DNA from: Bacteroidota bacterium
GTDB lineage: Bacteria; Bacteroidota; Bacteroidia; JAADEI01; JALVCQ01
Length of the DNA: 33,142 nucleotides
Assembly: GCA_027009805.1 (NCBI GenBank)
Contig: JALVCQ010000084.1
Location: 1 to 33,142, forward strand
Direction: 5' to 3'
A program made the translations under genes and the position numbers. Below the pieces are notes generated by a model. That model worked only from the letters and a program-made list of their open reading frames with translations, was not told the origin of the DNA and did no database searches. Of this stretch, positions 9,243 to 17,154 are shown one piece after another; within the stretch, counting starts at the first letter, position 1, and every line of letters starts with the position of its first letter.

Positions 9243-10250
9243 TTAATCAAGATAAGCGGCGATGGTCAGGGCTTGCGTCCACCCTAAGGCACCGCGGGAG
9301 CGGAGGGCATAATCGGCTCGGATACTTCCAAAGCGCCATGGCCATCGGAACCCCGCCCCAAAGGCGGGCAGGCGCCGTTCGTCGGTGCCTACTTCATAAC
9401 CGGTCCGAAGAAAGAACCGTTGCCGGTAATTGTATTCAACGCCGATGCTGATGGTTTCGTTGTTATCCGTAGGATGGTTGAGCTGGACGGAAGCGAGGAG
9501 TTGGTGGGCGTTTTGGTACACCAACTCGCGAACCACCGAAAGGCGGAAGACAGCCGGTGGGATGATGTGGTCGCCCCGGCGAAGCGAATCATCATCCGTG
9601 ACAGGGCCGACGGTGGGTTGCATCATAAATCCGAAGTTGGAAGCCGTAACGCCGATGCGCGTCAGCCGCCGCAGGCGGAGGTCATATACAAATCCGAGGT
9701 CCACCAGGAAAGCCGTGTTGGAGACTGTGTAAAAACTCTCATGAAACAGGCGGGCGGTGATGCCGAAGTTGAAATGCCGCGTCAACACCATGGCATAGGA
9801 AAGGGAAGGGATAAAGGCCAGATAGGCGAATTGGTCGCCGTTGCCGGTGGGGTGAAGTTCGTCGGTGACGTTCATATAGCCGGAGGAGAGGTTGGCCCAT
9901 CGGAACGCCCAGTATTTGGTGTAGCGTCGGGAGTAGGTGAGGGTGGCGGCGCCGGCCCGAAGGCCTGCGAGGTAGTGCAGATAATCGCCCTGAAAGGCCC
10001 AATGGACGGAATCCAGCAACGGCAGAGCGCCCGGATTCCAGAAGGCGGCCGCCGGCGAGTTAAGCATCGCCGTCACGGCTCCCTCCATGGCCATGGCGGC
10101 CGCATCCGTGGGTAGTTTGAGGGCGGCGGCGCCTGTGGTGGCCGTGCGCGAGTCGCCGTAGGCGGGCAACAGTTGTGCAAAAGCCGTCCCCGCGCCCAGA
10201 CCGATGGCTATTAACGTCACCCGTAATCTCCGAAGAAAAATGCCCAACAT
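9243..10250 (-). CDS. PorV/PorQ-family (FadL-like) outer-membrane beta-barrel
   Basis: LKLPTDAAAMAM...AFWNPGAL N-terminal signature and amphipathic beta strands. Start at 10250 (MLGIFLRR) is preferred because a -7-like box lies just upstream; the ORF track extends to 10283. Confidence 0.8.
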   Translation of the reverse strand: MLGIFLRRLRVTLIAIGLGAGTAFAQLLPAYGDSRTATTGAAALKLPTDAAAMAMEGAVTAMLNSPAAAFWNPGALPLLDSVHWAFQGDYLHYLAGLRAGAATLTYSRRYTKYWAFRWANLSSGYMNVTDELHPTGNGDQFAYLAFIPSLSYAMVLTRHFNFGITARLFHESFYTVSNTAFLVDLGFVYDLRLRRLTRIGVTASNFGFMMQPTVGPVTDDDSLRRGDHIIPPAVFRLSVVRELVYQNAHQLLASVQLNHPTDNNETISIGVEYNYRQRFFLRTGYEVGTDERRLPAFGAGFRWPWRFGSIRADYALRSRGALGWTQALTIAAYLD

Positions 10251-10362
10251 CGGGGCGAAAATAGCGGATGCCCTTTCATTCATGACCGTGCACGCCTCCG
10301 TTTATCGGCGTGAAGGTAACAGACAAAGCGGCCTATCATCATTGAATGCCCCATCCGACGCT

Positions 10363-11700
10363 TTACCCCAAAGGAGGGCCGGAATGGGAAAGGGCCCGGG
10401 CGCGTTTTTTCGCATAGATAATAGCACCCCCCGCCAGCAAGACATAGAGTGTGAAAATAGCCGCCATCTGGATGGGTTGGTGCATCAACTCATAATAAAG
10501 AATCAACACACCACCGGCGGCTAACGTGAGCATGGCGCCGATTGCTATAATGGGAGAAGCATGTGTTTTGTCTTTGATATGATGATTGGCCATGGCCACA
10601 AGAAAAGAGACTAACAAGAAAGTGATACTGCCAAATTCGAGGATCAATTGTAAGCCTCCCACCAGAATTAACACCCCGGCGAGGGCGGCCATGGTGAGGA
10701 CGGCATTTACCGGGATATGCCGGCGTCGCCGACGGAGCCATGCCGGCAGATAGCCGTCGTCGGCAATGCGCGCCATCTGGCGGGAAGCGCCGAATACGGT
10801 CCCGCTGAGGGCGCTGCTGGTGGCTAAAATCGCTCCGAAGACTACAAGGTCGTAGCCCAGCCGGCCGATGACTTTCTGGGCCCCGGCGGCCAGCGCATAT
10901 TCCTTCCCATGAATGATGTCTTCGATATGAAGGGCAAACAACGCCCCCACCGACAGGATCACGTAAATCATCATGACCGTGATGATGGCGGCGTAAATGG
11001 CCCGGGGGATATTCTTTTCCGGACGTTTCATTTCATTCACGGCGTTGATGACCAGTTGAAAGCCTTCATAGGCCACGAATGTGATGGACGCGGCAATGAG
11101 AATGCGGAGAAAAGGCGTCTGCCGGACATCTTGCGCCATTTGCTCGATAAAGGTCGTAAAGTCGGTTTTCCCATGCGTCATCAAGAGGATGGAAATAACC
11201 GCCAGAATCAGCGTCTTGGAATAGACCATGAGGTCTTCGATGCGTCCCATGCCTTTGACACTCCATAGGTTGATGAGGGTAAACACCCCCAGAATGCCCC
11301 ATGCCACGACCTTGCGGGTCCACGCGCTGTCGGCGAAATCTGTTCCGCTGATGGCATAGGAGGAAAAGGTGTAGGCATACAGCGAGAGGGTGCTGATGTA
11401 GCCGAACACCGTCAACCAGCCGATGGCGGCTGCTGCAAGGTGCGACTTCGGATACGTCCGCTTGATGAAGGCATACGTGGCCCCTTCATCTCGATAATAT
11501 AACCCTAATTTGACGTAAGAATATCCCGCCAGAAGGGCCATGAGCCCTCCCAGGATAATGGCTATCGGGGTAAGATAACCAATCATCGACACCGAGATGC
11601 CGAGGATGGAAAAGATGCCGCCGCCCACCATTCCACCGATGGCGATGGCCATCACTTCCACAAGGCTTAGACTTTTCCCTCGGCTGCGTAAGTATTTCAT
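10363..11700 (-). CDS. APC family amino acid permease
   Basis: IGGMVGGGIF TM1 motif, FVAYEGF TM6 motif, NEMKRPEKNIPRAI, about 12 hydrophobic segments. Confidence 0.92.
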   Translation of the reverse strand: MKYLRSRGKSLSLVEVMAIAIGGMVGGGIFSILGISVSMIGYLTPIAIILGGLMALLAGYSYVKLGLYYRDEGATYAFIKRTYPKSHLAAAAIGWLTVFGYISTLSLYAYTFSSYAISGTDFADSAWTRKVVAWGILGVFTLINLWSVKGMGRIEDLMVYSKTLILAVISILLMTHGKTDFTTFIEQMAQDVRQTPFLRILIAASITFVAYEGFQLVINAVNEMKRPEKNIPRAIYAAIITVMMIYVILSVGALFALHIEDIIHGKEYALAAGAQKVIGRLGYDLVVFGAILATSSALSGTVFGASRQMARIADDGYLPAWLRRRRRHIPVNAVLTMAALAGVLILVGGLQLILEFGSITFLLVSFLVAMANHHIKDKTHASPIIAIGAMLTLAAGGVLILYYELMHQPIQMAAIFTLYVLLAGGAIIYAKKRARALSHSGPPLG

Positions 11701-11791
11701 AGCCTTTGTGGCAAGCGCGGCTTATTATGACGAAGATACAGCACTTCACATTTAAGAAGAAAAAAACACCTGGAAAGCGGTACCGAATACA

Positions 11792-11834
11792 AAAAGAGAA
11801 GAGGTGAGGCGCCCTGATAAGGACACCTCACCTC
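11792..11834 (-). terminator. Rho-independent terminator of tRNA-fMet
   Basis: Minus strand reads GAGGTGAGGTGTCCT-TATC-AGGGCGCCTCACCTC followed by TTCTCTTTT. Confidence 0.8.
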
Positions 11835-11844
11835 CGGTGAAACG

Positions 11845-11916
<72 letters not shown>

Positions 11917-11928
11917 ATTCAGCGGCTG

Positions 11929-11936
11929 CAAATATA
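11929..11936 (-). promoter_or_regulatory. -7 promoter box for tRNA-fMet (TATATTTG)
   Basis: Exact TAnnTTTG 12 nt upstream of the mature tRNA 5' end. Confidence 0.75.
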
Positions 11937-12093
11937 CAACGCTTTTCCTATAGCAGGGGTTCCGCGGATAGATTTTCGGTGAAGATTGTAATGATGGCGT
12001 GACCGGGTCCAAATTAGGTTTTTATTTGGAGGCGTCCTATTTTTTTACATTTCAAAATAACAAAAAGTTGTGGTGTTTTGAGAAGGGCCGTTC

Positions 12094-12101
12094 TACTTTC
12101 G
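12094..12101 (+). promoter_or_regulatory. -7 box variant (TACTTTCG) for nirS
   Basis: TAnnTTCG variant 27 nt before the ATG, followed by an A-rich leader without a Shine-Dalgarno sequence. Confidence 0.55.
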
Positions 12102-12128
12102 CATGCGTAAACCAAATCTAACGTAACC

Positions 12129-13820
12129 ATGCGAAACTCCACAGTATCCCTCTGGATGGTGATGTTGCTTCTTGGCGTTTATCTGGCAGGTTGTAAGGGC
12201 GACTCTCAGCAGAAAGCGGCCGAACCGGAAACGGAAGAAGTCGGCTCAGAACCCGCGGTCACGTTGACCAGTGAAGAGATGGCCCGTGCCAAGCAGATTT
12301 ACTTTAATCTGTGTGCGGGATGTCATGGCGCTACCCGACGAGGTGCCACGGGACCTTCGTTGTTGCCCGACGGCGATGGCAAATTCCCCGCCACGAAAGA
12401 ACTGGGCACCGAGGCGCTGACTCATATCATCATGAACGGGCTTCCGGGGGGGATGCCCGACTGGGGAAAACAGGGCGTGTTGACGGAGGAAGAAGCCAAG
12501 CTGATGGCCAAATACCTTCAATTGCCGCCCCCCCCGATTCCGCAAATGACGATGGAAGATGTCCGCAAGTCATGGAAAGTTTACGTGCCCGTGGAAGCGC
12601 GTCCCACGCGTCCGGAAACGCAACGCAACTGGAAAAACTATATGGGCGTGATCTTGCGGGATGCGGGAAAAGTGGCCATCATAGATGGCGACACCAAAGA
12701 GCCTGTTGCTGTCCTCAATACCGGTTTCGCCGTCCATATCTTGCGTTCGTCCAGCTCCGGACGATATTTTTATTCTATTGGGCGGGATGGAAAAGTCACG
12801 CTTATCGATCTGTGGCCTGAAAAACCGCAGATTGTGGCTGAAGTAAAAACGGCTTTCGACGCCCGATCGGTCGAGGTGTCGAAATATAAAGGGCCGCAAG
12901 GTGATTTTCGAGACAAATACATCATTGCCGGCGGATATGTACCTTCTCATTTCGTGGTGTGTGATGCCATGACGTTGGAACCGCTTAAAATGGTGAGCAC
13001 GAAGGGAAAAGTGCTGGATACGGGTGAGTATCTCGAAGAGGCCCGGGTGGCCTCTATTGTGGCCTCCCACCACGATCCCCTCTGGGTGGTCAACGTCAAA
13101 GAGACCGGTATGGTGTGGCTGGTGGATTATTCCGACCTGGATAACATAGAGCAAAATATCACCAAAATCCCTACCGCCCGATTCCTTCATGACGGCGGAT
13201 GGGACCATTCGGGCAAATACTTCTTAGTGGCCGCGAATGCGGAAAACAAAATCGTGGTGATCGACGTGCCGAATAAAAAGCTGGAAAAAATCATTGAAGT
13301 GGGCACCAAGCCTCATCCCGGACGGGGCACCAATATTCAACATCCGAAATACGGCCATCTGTGGCTGACAGGCCATATTGGTGAGGGGCTGGTGGCCGCC
13401 ATTGCCACCGACCCCGGCCCTCATCAGTGGGAAGTAGTCGAGAATGTTCGCATGCCGGGCGTGGGCGGCGGCACCCTCTTTATCAAGTCCCACCCGAAAT
13501 CAAAACACGTGTGGGTGGACCGCCCCCTCAATACCAACGAGGACCTGCAACGCACGATTTACGTATATGATGCCGCCACCATGGAACTGAAGAAAACACT
13601 CAGGGTGCCGGATCGATACAAAGCTCGCGCCGTGCATCTGGAATACAACAAGAACGGTGACGAAGTGTGGGTGTCGGGGTGGGCTAAAAAAGACGACGAG
13701 TCGGTGTTGCTGGTGTTTGATGACAAAACATTGGAGCTGAAAAAGGAAATTACCGGAGACTGGCTGGTTACGCCGACCGGCAAATTCAATGTTTACAACA
13801 CGGCCCACGATATTTACTAA
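12129..13820 (+). CDS. nirS: Cytochrome cd1 nitrite reductase (NO-forming), lipoprotein
   Basis: Heme c motif CAGCHG and Met ligand GMPDWG. d1 proximal His in GFAVHILR, both catalytic His in FLHDGG and PHPGRG, C-terminal TPTGKFNVYNT. LAGC lipobox. Confidence 0.95.
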   Translation: MRNSTVSLWMVMLLLGVYLAGCKGDSQQKAAEPETEEVGSEPAVTLTSEEMARAKQIYFNLCAGCHGATRRGATGPSLLPDGDGKFPATKELGTEALTHIIMNGLPGGMPDWGKQGVLTEEEAKLMAKYLQLPPPPIPQMTMEDVRKSWKVYVPVEARPTRPETQRNWKNYMGVILRDAGKVAIIDGDTKEPVAVLNTGFAVHILRSSSSGRYFYSIGRDGKVTLIDLWPEKPQIVAEVKTAFDARSVEVSKYKGPQGDFRDKYIIAGGYVPSHFVVCDAMTLEPLKMVSTKGKVLDTGEYLEEARVASIVASHHDPLWVVNVKETGMVWLVDYSDLDNIEQNITKIPTARFLHDGGWDHSGKYFLVAANAENKIVVIDVPNKKLEKIIEVGTKPHPGRGTNIQHPKYGHLWLTGHIGEGLVAAIATDPGPHQWEVVENVRMPGVGGGTLFIKSHPKSKHVWVDRPLNTNEDLQRTIYVYDAATMELKKTLRVPDRYKARAVHLEYNKNGDEVWVSGWAKKDDESVLLVFDDKTLELKKEITGDWLVTPTGKFNVYNTAHDIY

Positions 13821-13859
13821 GGCAGGCCTTTACTCAGAGGTTTCCAAAGGGCTTGTGTC

Positions 13860-15839
13860 ATGAAATATGTAATTGTCATGCTGGCAATGGCTATTGGTGT
13901 GCTTTATGCGCAGCCGGTGGCCGATACGGTTCAGCTAAAAGACGCTGTGGTAACGGCCCAATCCGTACCCGCTGACCCTTCCCAGTCATTGTATCGGGTG
14001 GAAGTGGTTCCGGCCGCCATGTTTCAGAGAATCGGTGCCACTCATGCAGCCGAGGTGCTTTCCCATCTGTTGTTTGTCGATGTATCAGAGGCGACCACGC
14101 TGGGCGGCTCTGTATCGATGCAGGGGATTGACGGCCCTCGGATTAAAATAATGGTGGACGGCGTACCTGTGGTGGGGCGGTTGAAGGGGAACATTGATTT
14201 GCGCCATTTACCGCTTTCCGAGGTGGAACGGATAGAGGTCATCCGAGGGCCGGTGTCGGCGCATTACGGCACAGACGCGGTGGGAGGGGTGGTCAATATT
14301 ATTACCCGTCAAAATAGAAGGGCGGGACTTCGGGGACGGGCCTGGGGATTATATGAAAGTGTCAATGCTTTCAACGCCGGTTTAGCGGTGGGTTATGGCT
14401 TTGGAGCGCATGATGTGCAAATAAGCGGTTCGTTTCATGACTTTAAAGGGCTTTCCACCGATCCGGAGGTGGCGCGAAGTCTGAACTGGAATCCACGCAA
14501 CCAGTTGGGCGGACAAGTCACCTATCGTTATGCGCTTTCGAATGCGTTGGACGCGGGTTATACCGGCCGGTATTTTCAAGAAATGATGCAAGAGTTTGGG
14601 GAAGCAGATCCACATGGTCGGATTCGGGATAAGGACTATTACACCTCTCGTATGGACCATGTGTTGCGTGTCCAAGGAAATGTAGGGAAGGCTCATTATG
14701 TGGATGGATATGTAGCGCATCTGAGCTATCAGCGGTTTCATGATACCTGGAAGGTGGACCCGCAAACGGGGGATGTGACGCTGGATAGTCGGGATACGCG
14801 AGCAAAAAACAAAGTGAAATATACGCATGTGGGGAGCCGCACCCAGTTTGCCGGCCGAAGGAATGCACCGCTGCATTATGCCGTCGGCTATCAGACCGAG
14901 CATGAAACCACCGAGGGCGGCCGAATTGCCGATGGGAAGAAGCAGTATTGGACGGCGGCGGTGTTTGGAGGCGTGGATTATGCTTCCCTTCAGGGGTGGC
15001 GTGTTGCCCCTTCCATGCGACTGGTTTACAATACCGTTCACGGCCTGTTGGTAACGCCCTCTTTTCAGGCTTCCTATCGGTGGGCGCAGCGTCATCGGGT
15101 AATCGTCTCGTATGCGCGTGGATTCCGATCGCCTTCCCTTAAGGAACTTTATCTCGACTTCCGCATCAACGCCGGCCCCATTACTTATGTGATTGAAGGG
15201 AATAAAGACCTGAAGCCGGAGACGTCCGATCATTATGAGCTGCGGTATGAATATCGGGGGCCTATTAAGGGTGGCTTTGGGGGCTTATCGGTGGAAGGGT
15301 TTTATAACAACGTAACGGACCTCATCGCCCTGAGTCCCATGCAGAATTTCCATCGTCATTATATCAATGTGGAAAACTATCAGTCGGTCGGGGGGAATCT
15401 CATCGGTCATTATCAACGGGGCGACGCGCTAACCATCAAGGTGGGCGGCGGCATCCTGGGAAGATATAACAAGTTCTCGGAAAATGAAGAGGCGGAGCGC
15501 TTTCTGTTTTCGCCGGAGGCGGTGGTGGACGTCACGTATCGCCTCCCTGTGGTGCACGTCCTGGTGAGTGCTTCTTACAAATACAGCGGACCACGACCGG
15601 GATATGTGCTTAATGAGCAGGATGAGGTGGTGGAGGCGGTGGTTCGGGATGCTATCCATCGGATGGACGTGAGCATGAGCCGAAAATGGTGGAACGATCG
15701 GATTGAGGTGGTGTGCGGCATCAAAAATCTTTTTGATGTCCAAAACGTCGAGTCGTTTTCCGAGGTCGGGCAGGCACATGCGCGGGATATGGTGTTGTGG
15801 GGGCGGAGCTATTTCGTTCGAACAAGTTTTTCCTTTTAA
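13860..15839 (+). CDS. TonB-dependent receptor, HmuR/CirA/BtuB-like (tetrapyrrole or metal-chelate uptake)
   Basis: Signal peptide, DAVVTA TonB-box-like segment, plug motif VERIEVIRGPVSAHYGTDAVGGVVNIIT, FRSP and NKDLKPE (FRAP/NPNL-like) motifs, terminal Phe. Confidence 0.9.
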   Translation: MKYVIVMLAMAIGVLYAQPVADTVQLKDAVVTAQSVPADPSQSLYRVEVVPAAMFQRIGATHAAEVLSHLLFVDVSEATTLGGSVSMQGIDGPRIKIMVDGVPVVGRLKGNIDLRHLPLSEVERIEVIRGPVSAHYGTDAVGGVVNIITRQNRRAGLRGRAWGLYESVNAFNAGLAVGYGFGAHDVQISGSFHDFKGLSTDPEVARSLNWNPRNQLGGQVTYRYALSNALDAGYTGRYFQEMMQEFGEADPHGRIRDKDYYTSRMDHVLRVQGNVGKAHYVDGYVAHLSYQRFHDTWKVDPQTGDVTLDSRDTRAKNKVKYTHVGSRTQFAGRRNAPLHYAVGYQTEHETTEGGRIADGKKQYWTAAVFGGVDYASLQGWRVAPSMRLVYNTVHGLLVTPSFQASYRWAQRHRVIVSYARGFRSPSLKELYLDFRINAGPITYVIEGNKDLKPETSDHYELRYEYRGPIKGGFGGLSVEGFYNNVTDLIALSPMQNFHRHYINVENYQSVGGNLIGHYQRGDALTIKVGGGILGRYNKFSENEEAERFLFSPEAVVDVTYRLPVVHVLVSASYKYSGPRPGYVLNEQDEVVEAVVRDAIHRMDVSMSRKWWNDRIEVVCGIKNLFDVQNVESFSEVGQAHARDMVLWGRSYFVRTSFSF

Positions 15840-15851
15840 ATTGAATACATC

Positions 15852-17129
15852 ATGCGTTACCTATCTCATCTAATCGTCACGACAGCGTTATTGGCCGGCG
15901 TTACGTGGTGGGTGTCGGCCCAGGAGTTGACCCTTTCGGGGGCGTTTCGTCCGCGCTTTGAACACCGTTACGGCTACGGCCAATTGGCTTCGCCGTCTCA
16001 ATGGCCTGCGAATTGGGTGTCGCAACGGACGCGATTAATAGCGGATTATCGTTCGGATGCGGCCGACGCCCGCATCGTCTTACAAAACGTACGGGTGTGG
16101 GGTGATGTGTCCACATTGAGCCGTTCTGATCGGTTTATTGCCTTTCATGAAGCGTGGGCGCGGGTGCCCTTATGGAGGCGGCTGAGTCTGAAAGTGGGGC
16201 GACAAGAAATTGTGTATGACGATCATCGCATCTTTGGGAATGTGGGGTGGGCGCAACAAGCCCGCAGCCATGACGCGGCGGTGTTGACCTACCGCTCGGC
16301 CGACCGGAAAACCCGGCTGGATGTGGGGGGCGCTCTCAACGCCAACAAGGAAGAGAAGTTTCGGAGCTATTATCCAAACACGGCGGGATATAAGGACATG
16401 CAATATCTGTGGTTTCATCGGGATCTGAATAAAGTCGGCGTGAGTGTGTTGGCGTTGAATGTGGGGCGCGAATATCCGGGCACGGCCGCCGATACTTTTC
16501 GGATTGACAACATGCAAACGCTGGGGGGACGTGTGGTGTATAAAGACAAAGGCCTCAGCGGTGGGGTAGCAGCCTATTATCAGGGGGGGAGGCAGGCCGG
16601 TAATGCTGTGAAGGCGTTTTATTATGCCGGAGAGGTGAAATACACCAAAAACGGCGTCACGGTGGGCGCGGGGCGCGAGTTCCTTTCAGGGAAGGCCACC
16701 AACGATTCCGGATCGGTGGTGAAGTCTTTTGCCCCACTGTTCGGGACCAATCATAAGTTTAACGGTTGGATGGACTATTTCTACGTGGGCACCTGGATGA
16801 ACTCGGTGGGCCTGGAAGACATTTACGGGGTGTTGTCGGTCAAGAAAGGCAAGACCGCGGTTACCTTGATGCCGCATCTGTTTCGGGCGGCCGCCGATGT
16901 GTATGACGGCTCGCAAAAGTTGTCTCGGACGTTGGGCACCGAAATCGACCTGAGCGTCAAGTATAAGCTGACGCCTTCGGCGGCGCTGGTAGCGGGTTTT
17001 TCCACGATGATGGCCACGGAGACGATGGAGGTGATGAAAGGTGGGAGCAAGGATGAGTTTAATCGGTGGGGGTGGATGATGTTGGTCATTCGTCCGCGGT
17101 TGGGACATTGGCGGTTTGAGGGGCGCTGA
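15852..17129 (+). CDS. Alginate export (AlgE-like) family outer-membrane porin
   Basis: FRPRFEHR, SQRTRL, KVGRQEIVYDDHRIFGNVGWAQQARSHDA, FAPLFGTNHKFNGWMDYF, LGTEIDL motifs. Confidence 0.85.
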   Translation: MRYLSHLIVTTALLAGVTWWVSAQELTLSGAFRPRFEHRYGYGQLASPSQWPANWVSQRTRLIADYRSDAADARIVLQNVRVWGDVSTLSRSDRFIAFHEAWARVPLWRRLSLKVGRQEIVYDDHRIFGNVGWAQQARSHDAAVLTYRSADRKTRLDVGGALNANKEEKFRSYYPNTAGYKDMQYLWFHRDLNKVGVSVLALNVGREYPGTAADTFRIDNMQTLGGRVVYKDKGLSGGVAAYYQGGRQAGNAVKAFYYAGEVKYTKNGVTVGAGREFLSGKATNDSGSVVKSFAPLFGTNHKFNGWMDYFYVGTWMNSVGLEDIYGVLSVKKGKTAVTLMPHLFRAAADVYDGSQKLSRTLGTEIDLSVKYKLTPSAALVAGFSTMMATETMEVMKGGSKDEFNRWGWMMLVIRPRLGHWRFEGR

Positions 17130-17154
17130 GCGGCTTCCTTGTTTGGTATGGATA

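Noticed and set aside
8279-9250. 323-aa same-strand alternative-frame ORF over the NHL lipoprotein
   Set aside because: P/S/T/R-rich composition typical of off-frame GC-rich translation; the other frame has a lipobox and NHL motifs.
12528-12535. C8 tract in nirS as a phase-variation switch
   Set aside because: It encodes the Pro-rich interdomain linker typical of NirS and is short for a contingency locus.
12129-13820. NirN or NirF instead of NirS
   Set aside because: It has a heme c domain plus AVHILR, FLHDGG, PHPGRG and the TPTGKFNVYNT terminus characteristic of NirS.
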